Part shown: piece by piece, positions 31,721 through 42,099 of the stretch
Numbering within the stretch: the stretch's first letter is position 1
How the letters are laid out: each line of letters opens with the position of its first letter
From: Candidatus Freyarchaeum deiterrae
GTDB taxonomy: Archaea; Asgardarchaeota; Jordiarchaeia; Jordiarchaeales; Jordiarchaeaceae
DNA length: 64,000 bases
Direction of reading: 5' to 3'
Assembly (NCBI GenBank): GCA_037305845.1
Contig: CP147778.1
Coordinates: 1,600,001 to 1,664,000 of the forward strand
The notes under the pieces: model-generated
What the model was told of the DNA's origin: nothing
Seen by the model: only the letters and a program-made list of their open reading frames with translations
The model's database searches: none
Made by a program: the position numbers and the translations under genes

Positions 31721-31872
31721 TTTTCTAAATTTTTCAAATTTTAATTCTGAGTACCAATGTTTAGTTTTATGTATTAGAAATACTAATAGAAGGTAATAAG
31801 TTTCATAATATTTATAAGTTAATGGGGTGAATGTTAGTCTAGCTTTGCAAGTTTGTTTTGAGGCTGAAAGGT

Positions 31873-32220
31873 TTGAAGAAAATTACGGTTGTAATATCTA
31901 GTGGGCCTTACACTCATGAGAGGTCTTATACTGCATTGAGACTAGCCCTTACATCTCTGGTTGAGGGGATGGAAGTTAATTTATTTTTGGTTGAAGATGG
32001 AGTATTTTTAGCACATAAAGGACAAGAACCTAAAGATTATGCAAATGCATTAGAATGGTTACAAAGAGCTATGGCCGAAGGCGCGAAGGTACGGGTCTGT
32101 GGGGTGTGTGTCCAAGGAAGAGGATTAAAACAAGAGGAGTTAATAGAAGGAGCTGAAGTGACAACAATGGAAGGACTAACCGACTGGATACAAGAAAGCG
32201 ATCAAACAATTTGGATATAG
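31873..32220 (+). CDS. DsrE/TusD-like sulfur relay protein
   Basis: GPY..E....ALRLA, LFLVEDGV and VCGVCVQGRGL. Confidence 0.88.
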   Translation: MKKITVVISSGPYTHERSYTALRLALTSLVEGMEVNLFLVEDGVFLAHKGQEPKDYANALEWLQRAMAEGAKVRVCGVCVQGRGLKQEELIEGAEVTTMEGLTDWIQESDQTIWI

Positions 32221-32232
32221 GAGATGGTTTGA

Positions 32233-32457
32233 GTGGAGGCGGAGTATCATCTGGACGTGAAGCAAAAGGCTTGCCCAATTCCAGTAATATTGATGAGAGA
32301 TAAACTTAAAGAAATGAAAGAGGGGGAAGTGATAGAAATTATTACTGACTTTCCCTCCTGCAAGAATAATATAGAAAGAGCTGCCACGAAAGCGGGACAT
32401 GAAATTTTGGGAATAATAGAAGACAAAGGAAACTTCAAGATATATGTAAAGAAGTAG
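32233..32457 (+). CDS. tusA: TusA-family sulfurtransferase
   Basis: LDV....CPIP motif in a 74-aa protein. Confidence 0.88.
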   Translation: MEAEYHLDVKQKACPIPVILMRDKLKEMKEGEVIEIITDFPSCKNNIERAATKAGHEILGIIEDKGNFKIYVKK

Positions 32458-32630
32458 GAATTAAAGAGTTAAAGAGCGTGGCATGTATATATTTTGGCTA
32501 ACCAATTTTTTTACGGGAAATGATGTGAATTTCAGCATTAGATTTAAACCATCTAAATACTTATTTTGAATAAAGTATATTTTGATAATGTAATCTAGAA
32601 TAGAATTCAACTTACTAGAGGAGAAATTCA

Positions 32631-33521
32631 TTGCGTATTGATTTTTTAAAAACCTTTTTGGAAGTTGTTTCTGCTGGAAGTTTCCTTGAAGCAGCGAAGA
32701 GGTTGAAAGTAACACAAGCCACAGTAAGTAATCAAATAGCTTCTCTCGAGGAATATTTTGGAGTTAAACTTTTCGTGAGAACTAGAGATGGAGCTTACCT
32801 TACAGAAGAAGGTAAAATTCTAAACAAAAGGGCTCAACAGATTTTGGGTCTGGTGAACATCACTAATAAAGAAATTAGCAACTCCTCAGAAAAATTGAGA
32901 GGTATAATAAAGATTGCAGCGAGCACAACTCCCGGTGAAAACATCTTACCAATTATTGCAGGAAGCTTCAAAAAAGAGCACCCTGAGGTAGATATTGAAA
33001 TAGAAATTGGAGACACAGGAACTAGCCTAAAAAAGCTCGCTGAGGGACGCGTTGACTTCGCTGCAATTGGTAGTTTAATGGATACTCAAAACATGTTTGA
33101 AACCAAAGTAATCGTAAGAGAACGCTTAGTAATTATAACCTCGGTTAATCACGAACTATCTAATAAAAAAGCTCTCGAACTCTCAGAAATTTTAAATTAC
33201 CCTTTTGTGTCAAGGGAACAAGCTTCAGGTACCAGAAACGAAATTAACAAGATATTTACCGAGCAGCACATTGACCCCAAAAAATTAGACATTATATTAG
33301 AATTGGGAAGCACAGGGGCTGTGATTACCGCGGTTTCAGAAGGAATCGGAATTAGTATAGTGTCTTCAATAGCAGCGGAGAAAGCTAAGGCAGCAGGATT
33401 GGTGAATATAGTTGAAATAAAGAATGCGAGAAATTGGCGTGAATTATTTCTCGTTAGACAAAAAAAACCAGAATACCCAGAAACATTAGAAAAGTTCTGG
33501 GAAAGCGTAAAAAAAGTATGA
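32631..33521 (+). CDS. LysR-family transcriptional regulator
   Basis: GSF..AA..L.VTQATVS.QI..LE and REQASGTR. Confidence 0.92.
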   Translation: MRIDFLKTFLEVVSAGSFLEAAKRLKVTQATVSNQIASLEEYFGVKLFVRTRDGAYLTEEGKILNKRAQQILGLVNITNKEISNSSEKLRGIIKIAASTTPGENILPIIAGSFKKEHPEVDIEIEIGDTGTSLKKLAEGRVDFAAIGSLMDTQNMFETKVIVRERLVIITSVNHELSNKKALELSEILNYPFVSREQASGTRNEINKIFTEQHIDPKKLDIILELGSTGAVITAVSEGIGISIVSSIAAEKAKAAGLVNIVEIKNARNWRELFLVRQKKPEYPETLEKFWESVKKV

Positions 33522-33603
33522 CCCCATTTTAATCATTCATCCAACTTTGGAAAATATACTTGTATTTAGAAGAACGTTAATTATAAATGTTGAACATTAA
33601 AAA

Positions 33604-34571
33604 CTAAGTTAAGTCAGCAATATCGATTCCACATTCGGCTATTCTGTCAAGCATATCCACTATAGTATTTAGTGGGGTTGCTAAAACTGGTGCTTGATTT
33701 AGGATTTCTTCGTATGCTTCGTTTAAAGCTTTTTCTAGTTCAGGTTTTTTATCTATGGTCTTAGCCGCTAAATTCACGTCTTTTCTCAATAGTGCCTCGA
33801 TTGCATTTGAGTGAATCTCTTGTGTTATTTTACTTGTTTCTAGAATTTTTTGCAGCACAGTTTGGGGTATTGGTGTTTTCTGGAGCAGTGTAATTTGCCT
33901 AGCCATTTTTACAGCATGATCCGCTAGGGTTTCGATGCTTTTTACCACCGCACGATAGTCTAGACATTCTATTGCAGTTACTCCCATTTTCTCTGCTAAC
34001 CGAGGGTCTTGTATTGCGGCTCTGAGTTGCCGAACTATTAAGAAATAAAGCCTATTGACTTCTTCGTCACGGTTAATAACGTTCTTTGCCAGTTTATCAT
34101 CAAGCTCTTTAAGAGCGGTAATTACCTCTTCCTGCATTTTGGCGGCGATTAGATAAGTCCTTTTCATTGTTCTCCTTAAAGGAACCGCAGATGGAGACAG
34201 TAAACATTGTAGGGTAATATCCCGAGCATCTTCCTCAACTATTTCCACGCCCACCAGCTGTTGCAATGATTTTTTAACCTCTTCTCTTTGGTAAGGATTT
34301 ATTCGAGGGCCCTTTGATTTTAAACGAATAATATCATAGCCATAAAGATACTTTGCTGTAATTTCACGGGTGAAACCTTCATCCATTTCAATTTCAGCGA
34401 CTCTCAAATTTTCTCTTTCCGAATATTTAGGATCTACTAAAAGGGCTCCATCTCCTCTTTCGGTGATTGCAACCAAATCTCCTCTTTTTAATCCAAGACG
34501 TTTTATCCATTCCTTAGGGAGACTTATAAAAAAGTGCTGCCTCCAGTTTTCTGCAATTTTCGGATTTCCAT
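33604..34571 (-). CDS. phoU: AbrB-PhoU phosphate regulator with an apparent 1-nt frameshift near its 5' end
   Basis: Canonical start MEIRKLQKTGGSTF (ATG at 34571) is out of frame with ISLPKEW... across a T6 run (34528-34533). Two PhoU repeats follow. Confidence 0.8.
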
Positions 34572-35000
34572 ATTTTTCAAACCCCATTTGATTAAAAGAT
34601 ACTGACTAGTTTACAATATGCTATCAGAATATCATAAAAAGTTAAAATTTATAGTTCTTTTAAATTATTCAACGGAATTCTTTAGAAGTATATATAGTTT
34701 TGGGTATCTTAATATAGTACTAATTTTTTGTCTTTACTACAAAGAGTTTAGAAGTATGACCCATCTCTTAAAGGGATGTAATGAAACACAGCAAGTTTAA
34801 ACACCGAAAAAAAGAAAAAAAGTAATAGGATATGCCCCACTGAAATAACAGGCAAATACTATTAACAGGACGGCGATGCGCCCACCCTAGGCCTAATAAT
34901 GATAGCCCTCTGACCCTTTGTATTTGGAATTAGGCCAGCAAAAGCTATATCTTCCCAATAAACTTGTAAAGAATTAGAGTTTAATAGAAGTTGAAGAATC

Positions 35001-36620
35001 GTGCAAGCCAAGGATAGAGTCAAGAAAACATTAAAAATTATTCTCGAGGCAGGTTATCAGGTAACTCCAGACGCGTTGAAAGCCTTTTCACTTTATGAAA
35101 ACCCTGAAGATCTTGCAAAGGAGTTAATTTCGAAAATCGAAGAAGACTCGGAAAACATCATTACTATAGACAACAAATACATTAACGCATTAGAAGAAAA
35201 CCTTGAAACGGATAAGGAAATAGAACCGTCGGACCCCTCGAAGATAAAAAATCAAATCAGTGAGATAGCAAAACCAGAAAAAATAACACCAAAAACCCAA
35301 GAAACCATTAACAAAAATACAGAAACCCAAGAAATCAATACTAACAATCAATCTCTGTTAACTCAAGCAAGCCCAAAGAAATATTTAGCGAAAGATATTG
35401 ACGCAAGATTCGAAGTGATATTTGATCCAACCGGAAGAATGAAGGGTAAAGGCACATTTGAAAATTTCATAAACTATTTCAGAGACAGATACATGAGAAT
35501 TTACAATATCTTCCTTAAAAGGGGGGATATGGAAAATATTTCAAAATTTTCGGAAATTCCACCAGGCAAAGATAAGCAAACCAAAATAATAGGAATAATA
35601 ACCTCAATACAAAAAACGAAGTCTGGCAATATTCTAATGGAATTAGAAGACCTTGAGGGCTCAATCAAAGCAATCATCAATGAGAAGAATAGCGATGTAA
35701 TAAAAAAGGCAGAATATGCAATGTTGGATCAGGTATTATGTTTTGAAGGATATTTATCTAACGATATGTTCATCGTAAATGATTTCTTGTGGCCAGATAT
35801 TCCAATTAAACGAGAAAGGAATAAGTCGGATGAACCAATCTGTGCAGCGTTCATTTCGGATACACACTTTGGTAGTAGGGAATTTCTATCCGACTCATTT
35901 AAACGGTTTACCCAATGGTTAAAAGGACAAGTAGGAGACGAGAGAAGTAGAGAATTGGCAGGGCGTGTAAAATACCTAATAATTGCCGGAGACATAGTGG
36001 ATGGTATAGGTATCTATCCCACGCAGGAAGAAGATCTAGTAGTTACTAATATCCATGAGCAGTACGAGCTAGCAGCAAAATATTTTGAAGAAGTACCAGA
36101 TTATGTAAAAATGATCGCGATACCTGGAGGCCATGATGCAACTAGAATAGCACTCCCTCAACCCGCAATACCTAAGGAATACGCGGAACCCTTATACGAA
36201 ATCGGTGTAGAGATGTTAGGAGACCCCGCCCAGATTTTAACCCACAACGTGGAAACACTAATTTTTCATGGTGAAAGCTTAAACGATGTCACAGCAGCTA
36301 TACCTATAGAACAAACAAAACCACACAAAGCAATGACAGAATTAATAAAAGGAAGACATCTGAATCCAATATACGGAAATACACCAATAGCCCCTGAACC
36401 ACAAGATTGGCTTGTAATAGAAAGAGTTCCAGACATAGTACACTGCGGCCATATACATATCAATGATACAGGAGGATATAGAGGAGTAATCCTATTAAAT
36501 TCTGGAACTTTCCAATCACAAACAGCATATCAAAAATCGATGGGGCTAGAACCAACCCCCGCAAAACCATTAATTCTCGACCTGCAGTCGTATAAAATGA
36601 TTCAATTAGATTTCCTCTAA
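35001..36620 (+). CDS. polB: DNA polymerase D small subunit (DP1, proofreading exonuclease)
   Basis: OB fold, ISDTHFGS, AGDIVDGIGIYP, HGES, GHIH and NSGTFQSQT. Confidence 0.95.
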   Translation: MQAKDRVKKTLKIILEAGYQVTPDALKAFSLYENPEDLAKELISKIEEDSENIITIDNKYINALEENLETDKEIEPSDPSKIKNQISEIAKPEKITPKTQETINKNTETQEINTNNQSLLTQASPKKYLAKDIDARFEVIFDPTGRMKGKGTFENFINYFRDRYMRIYNIFLKRGDMENISKFSEIPPGKDKQTKIIGIITSIQKTKSGNILMELEDLEGSIKAIINEKNSDVIKKAEYAMLDQVLCFEGYLSNDMFIVNDFLWPDIPIKRERNKSDEPICAAFISDTHFGSREFLSDSFKRFTQWLKGQVGDERSRELAGRVKYLIIAGDIVDGIGIYPTQEEDLVVTNIHEQYELAAKYFEEVPDYVKMIAIPGGHDATRIALPQPAIPKEYAEPLYEIGVEMLGDPAQILTHNVETLIFHGESLNDVTAAIPIEQTKPHKAMTELIKGRHLNPIYGNTPIAPEPQDWLVIERVPDIVHCGHIHINDTGGYRGVILLNSGTFQSQTAYQKSMGLEPTPAKPLILDLQSYKMIQLDFL

Positions 36621-36715
36621 TTATCCAATTATTTTATAAAATATTAAGTTGTAAAAAATTATTTTAACTAAAAAGTCTAGATATCAATTTTAGATATCAA
36701 CCACTGATATCATCA

Positions 36716-37954
36716 TTAGCCTTGTGGGAGAGGAGGAACGTAATTAACCGTTTTTTTAATGTGATAATCGTTTTCGAGTATCCCTTTTATCTGTTCAGGA
36801 GGCATGTTGATCTTAATTTGTTTAGTCATGCCGTAACGACCCTCACTCTTGAGCTTAGCAATTATTATTCCGAGCATATCTAACTCTGCGATAAGTCCAC
36901 TGACACGCCTTTCTCCCAATATTTCCAGATTAACAATTTTACAAAGATCCGAATATACATCATAAACCAAACCAGTGGTTATTTTTGAGGATTTATTCCT
37001 GTCTAATAAGTAAATACTATAGAGGACAAGCTTAGATTGAATAGGAAGAGTTGAAATCACTTCCGAAACACGATCAGTCTCTAAAATACTTTGAGCCAGC
37101 TTAACACATTCCTGAGTAATTTTAGTCGCTCCCAGTCTTTCACCCTGCTCACCCGCAACACGCAAAAGATCCAAAGCGCGTCTAGCATCACCATGCTCTC
37201 TAGCCGCAAGAGCAGCGCAAAAATTAATCACGCCCGGTTCATCTAACACACCATCAGCGAAACTCATTTTCGCCCTCTCCCTAAGAATATCCTGCAACTC
37301 CAAGGCCCCATAAGGCGGAAAAACCAGCTCCTCTTCGCCCAAACTACTCAAAACCCGGGGATCCAAATTTTCTTTGAACTTTAGATTATTGGTAATGCCA
37401 ATAATACTGACACAAGCCGCCTTCAAAATAGAATGGTTAATCCTTGTTAAGTCATAAAGTACAGAATCTCCATCTTTATCCACTAATTTATCAACTTCAT
37501 CTAAAACAATAATCATAAGTCCCTTTCTAGAGTCCATTGCCGAGATAAAACGGTTGTAAACCTCGTCAGTAGGCAACCCTGTGAAGGGCACCTCAACACC
37601 AAGATTCTCACACAAATGAGCCAAAACACGATAATTAGTGTTAACAGTACTACAGTTCAAGTAAACATAATTGGGCGTTGAAACACCCATCTCTCTACAC
37701 TTTTCAGCCAAGTGTTTTAAAACATATTTAACCACTGCTGTTTTACCGGTTCCAGTTTTTCCATAAAGGAATACGTTAGACGGAGTTCCACTCTTTAGAG
37801 CAGTGGCTAAAATAATTCCCACTCGCCCTATCTCCTTAACACGATGCGGCAAGTTATCTGGAATATAAGTCGGACGAAGGACCTCCCGATCTTTGAATAT
37901 TCCTGGTCCCGAAAGGTATTTTTCGAATATGGAATCAAGGGGCTTCTCGCTCAT
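36716..37954 (-). CDS. cdc6: Orc1/Cdc6 replication initiator
   Basis: YIPDNLPHR, GKTGTGKT, VLDEVD, GDARRALDLLR and C-terminal wHTH. Confidence 0.96.
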   Translation of the reverse strand: MSEKPLDSIFEKYLSGPGIFKDREVLRPTYIPDNLPHRVKEIGRVGIILATALKSGTPSNVFLYGKTGTGKTAVVKYVLKHLAEKCREMGVSTPNYVYLNCSTVNTNYRVLAHLCENLGVEVPFTGLPTDEVYNRFISAMDSRKGLMIIVLDEVDKLVDKDGDSVLYDLTRINHSILKAACVSIIGITNNLKFKENLDPRVLSSLGEEELVFPPYGALELQDILRERAKMSFADGVLDEPGVINFCAALAAREHGDARRALDLLRVAGEQGERLGATKITQECVKLAQSILETDRVSEVISTLPIQSKLVLYSIYLLDRNKSSKITTGLVYDVYSDLCKIVNLEILGERRVSGLIAELDMLGIIIAKLKSEGRYGMTKQIKINMPPEQIKGILENDYHIKKTVNYVPPLPQG

Positions 37955-38290
37955 GCTTCAACCTCTATTATTTGATGTCTACGATTTAAACTTTAATCTT
38001 GGTATTACACCCGTAGGATACTCCAACCTCTATTAGTTGATGGTTTCCTCAAGTAGCTAAGCAGCTGAATAAGAAACCGTTTCAACACCAAGCTCTTGAG
38101 AAAACAGTCCATCCTCCAGGGAGGGAACTAGCAAAAATTGCTTTGGAAATCAAGGTAATAAAGGTTGCGCAGAGGTATAATAATAAATAATTGAATAACA
38201 GACGCGAAATGATGAAATCATTAAAAGATATCAAGCTAGATATCATAAAAAGTAATCCAAAAAAGGATACCAGAACAGGATATCAACAGT

Positions 38291-38782
38291 TCAAGTAAAC
38301 AGATAATCAAGTTGAGAGACGGCCTCAATCCTATCCTTCACTTTTTCTGTTCTAAGACGGTAACGATACTGTTTACGAGTACCAGTTCTCTCAAGCATAG
38401 ATTCCTTACTCTCGTCATAAATTCTAGCAAGGTAAGTAGACATAGTACTCAGAGGAAGACCCTCTTTAAAGAGATTAACATACTGCTCCTGAACATCATT
38501 AGAAGTAAACCACCCATGCTTGAAACACTTCAATAAAACAATCTCCACCTTCTCCTTCAGAGAGAGACTATCCAAATCAGTATAGGTGGCAGACACAGAA
38601 CTATCGCCAGAAGAACTATTACTAGAAACTTCGGACTCAACTTCAAACGAAGAAAATTTTTTTGATAGCGCCTCTACCAATGAGGCTGCTAAATGGGGTG
38701 GTATATCCCCCTCTAGGGTAAGCGTTACTTTGCGATCTGTTTCCGAATCCGAAATCTCAAACTTGTATTTTCTTTTTGGCAA
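38291..38782 (-). CDS. Winged-helix DNA-binding protein upstream of cdc6
   Basis: C-terminal WFTSNDV...LSTMSTYLARI...LERTG...YRYRL pattern. Confidence 0.75.
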   Translation of the reverse strand: MPKRKYKFEISDSETDRKVTLTLEGDIPPHLAASLVEALSKKFSSFEVESEVSSNSSSGDSSVSATYTDLDSLSLKEKVEIVLLKCFKHGWFTSNDVQEQYVNLFKEGLPLSTMSTYLARIYDESKESMLERTGTRKQYRYRLRTEKVKDRIEAVSQLDYLFT

Positions 38783-39070
38783 GCAGTTCCACCCGAAATT
38801 GAGGTACGGTAATAATTGTATTCACATGTATATATAGTTTATCTTTTAATAAGAAATTTGTGAACCAACCGATAAAAGAATCATAAAGAAAACAATAAAA
38901 CATAGTATAATATTTTACAAAATAAACACGAAATATTGACCAAAATACAAAAAAGAGGAAAAAATAAACCTTAAACAAAAAATAGAGTGCATTTTCCATA
39001 TTTTTTTATATTCACAGATTCACAAAAACACCATACTTAAAAACAATAAAAAAGAATTTTTATTAACAAT

Positions 39071-39090
39071 CTCCACTGGAAACAAAGGGG
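39071..39090 (+). promoter_or_regulatory. ORB element 1
   Basis: CTCCACTGGAAACAAAGGGG matches the TCCA-N-TGGAAA-N4-GGGG consensus. Confidence 0.88.
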
Positions 39091-39494
39091 TAAGTAATAA
39101 AAATGACATTAACACAAAAAGCCGAAATCTTTTCTAAAAATAACCAATTTAAAGCCTTATTTCAACAATCAGATTAACAAATGACGCGTCAACTGTGAAT
39201 GACATTAACACTGGAGATCCCAAGGAAAATTCTACTAATAATCAAAACACCGCCCCAGGAAGGTGAGAAAACAAGTTTCCTGAAGATAATTTCAAGATAT
39301 GATACCAATTTCAGATATCAATATTTGATATCATGGTTTTTTTAAACAATTAAAAAGCTTGGAACACATGTTCTAACAAAAACATCTGGGGCATATCAAA
39401 TTTTAATATGTCTTATACCTAAAAGAAAAATCAAACTGACTATAAAGAGGGACTTGAAATTAATTACATTTATGTATATGACATTCTACCGGGC

Positions 39495-39746
39495 ATGAAA
39501 AGAGATCCAGTGAGGATGAAGTTTTATAAAGAGTTGTTCGGCTTCAATTATTCTTGGGAAACAAAGAACCAAAGAAAAGTTAAATATCAACCCGGTTTGC
39601 TAGACTATGAGGGATGCGAGACGGCGGGTGACAGCGCAATATTAGTTCCTGAAGAGTATGTAGAAGAGTTCAATTCCTTTTTCAGAAAGTATCGGAATAT
39701 TATCTCATGCCGAGTTTTTATAGTACAAGAGGAAGTAAAACTATAG
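39495..39746 (+). CDS. Small hypothetical protein inside the origin, possible ferredoxin-like (Cas2/VapD-like) fold
   Basis: The frame stays open upstream through YIYVYDI, then R.KFYKELFG...GLL...S.ILVP. True start uncertain. Confidence 0.6.
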   Translation: MKRDPVRMKFYKELFGFNYSWETKNQRKVKYQPGLLDYEGCETAGDSAILVPEEYVEEFNSFFRKYRNIISCRVFIVQEEVKL

Positions 39747-39815
39747 AAATTAGAACACGTGTTCTAATTAATTAAAATTCGGCCCTCAAAAGGTAAAAAG
39801 TCAATCAAACCCCTA

Positions 39816-39836
39816 CCCCAACATTTCTACTGGAAA
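39816..39836 (-). promoter_or_regulatory. ORB element 2 (inverted)
   Basis: Minus strand reads TTTCCAGTAGAAATGTTGGGG. Confidence 0.82.
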
Positions 39837-39991
39837 TACTAACTACCCTTAGCATGGTATTTGTTTGTTAGTTAGTAACTACTCCCCCGTTTAAAATTGT
39901 TTCTTTCTATATTTAAACATACTTATCAAAGTTTTTCGATTAACAACTCAAGATTTATTTCCAATAAAATTTGTAATCAACAGTAAACAGT

Positions 39992-40012
39992 TTTCCAGTA
40001 GAAACCAAGGGG
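39992..40012 (+). promoter_or_regulatory. ORB element 3
   Basis: TTTCCAGTAGAAACCAAGGGG. Confidence 0.85.
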
Positions 40013-42099
40013 TGCGTTTTTAAAACTTTCCAAGTCACCTTCCAGGATTAGAGAACCGAACTAAACTTTTCAAAAAATAGTAAACCCATTGGAATAGCTC
40101 TTAGAGTTAATTTATGGTAACTAAATGAGCAGCATACAAATTAAAGAACTGTGGTCAGTAAAGAATGGTTTCATTTCTTGTATTAGTGAACAATGTGAAT
40201 CTTTCTGAAAAAGAAAGTTACGAGTATCAAAAAAGTAATATCTGGATCCGCGTCGTCATTATTTTTTCGAACGATGTTTAACCGGTAACTAATGCTATAC
40301 CTCATCAGCACGCTATCTATTTTTGATTTCGAGAGTAGACATCATTGTCTGATATCAATTTTTAGCATCATTTTTTGATGTCAAGGTATTCTTAGTAGTC
40401 GGATTAGAATTTGTGCTGATAATCAAATCGAGTAGTACAATCTAATTCCTTTGAAATTGGTTGCAAACATGTAGTTCTTGACCGTTCAGGCACTATGAGA
40501 ACCTGAGTTAATTGTCCTGTAATCATAATTCCTGTAATTTAGTTTACTGCAGCTCTCAAAATTATTCTAAATTGTCAAATATTAAAAGTTTAAACCAATG
40601 GAACTAGGTGGATCTGTTTTTATGAATTGGATATATTTGGGGGCTTTTATTATTTCGAGAATATTGAAGATTGTAACTGCTATCCTTTTTACGAAGATCA
40701 AAGCAAGAAAACCTCATCACCTCTCAAAAGGTAGGGAATAAATTTACAGGGTTTAAAATGCAAAAAGGAAAAAAGTATAATGGGACTGGATTACCCTGAA
40801 AGTTGGGAAGATATTAATTTGAGGGTGATATGCCCCGCATTTCTAACTATAATTCAGAAGTGTAGATCCTAACCTTCAATTTTTTGGGGTATTCCAGAAT
40901 AAGCAGACAGCAATATTTGGGGGCATTCCCTCTTTCTATATATTGATTCAAAAACTCGCGTGGGATTGATCCGGAAAAGATAATTTCATTTTCTTACTTT
41001 TATTCGCCCCTATTTAATGTAAATTTGGAAGAGCCGAAATTTTGATATCAAAAGATGTAATCCATAAATGATATTTAATGCAGATATCAGATATCTTAAA
41101 TAGATATCAAAAATGATATCAAGCAGTTAGAGGAATAAGAAATCAGCGGCAGGACCAGGACTTACAAGACGTTGGCCTGCTTTACTTTAATCGAGGTAGA
41201 AAAGCTGAAGAATAAAAACAAAAAGATATCATTGTTATTGCTCTTAATCTGAAAGAATTATCTAGAAAATTTAGAAAAATGTTTACAAAAGTGTATACGG
41301 AGAACCCTCCTCCGTAGGAACCGCGAAAATTTCTTACTATATTAAGGGAGTAATATCTAGATAGTCTATATGGGTTAAAAAACGCATAAAAACCGATATT
41401 TTAACCGAACTCATTGAGATAATAGACAAAAAAGATTTTTAAAAAAGAAAATAATAGAGCTTTTCAACAAAAATAACGAATTTTAATCTTTGAATTTTCG
41501 TAAAATGAATGATATTAAGCGAGGCAATAACCCTTGGTAGTAATTTTTGAAACATAGATTTTGAGAATTAGCCTGGGGCTACTATCAAAATATACCAGCG
41601 CTTGCAAATCTTATCATATCTACGACTGGTTCCTATTTTTTCATTGTTTTTTAAAAAGACCACTGGTAAACCTGTTGCTTGAGTAAAGCTGAAAATTATA
41701 ATTCCAGCAATTGTAACGCTTGGCTTCGGAAATTGCACGCATGGAAAATTCTTTCGGATTAACGGTCAGGGTCTTGATCCCTTTTAGTTTTTAACTTTTT
41801 TATTATTTGAGTTGGTTTTCTACTATTACTGTTCCTCTCGTTTGTAGCTCTTTGATGCATTTTTTTATTACGTCTCGACCCTTTGATATCTCTTTCTGAT
41901 ATCTTTTTCTGAAATCAGTATCTGATTTCGATATCTTTATCAATTATGAGTAATAATAAAATATTTGCCAATTGTTATTTATTCCGTAGCCAGTTGGAAA
42001 TCATTTGAGTATATCATTAAATAATGGTTGAAATGTTATCCAAGGGCGTTGTTTCGTCTTTATTGTATGGTTGAAGCATTTAATTTAGAGGTGATACTC

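Larger units (their letters stand above)
38830..40020. other. Replication origin (oriC)
   Basis: Upstream of cdc6, with three ORB elements, very AT-rich tracts, and an apparent switch from A/C-rich to G/T-rich plus strand across the region (judged by eye). Confidence 0.85.

Noticed and set aside
40598-41945. Two ~46-codon ORFs in the origin region (plus strand near 40598; minus strand near 41805-41945)
   Set aside because: Too short, with no recognisable motif, and one runs through a repeat cluster. Cannot be supported without expression data.
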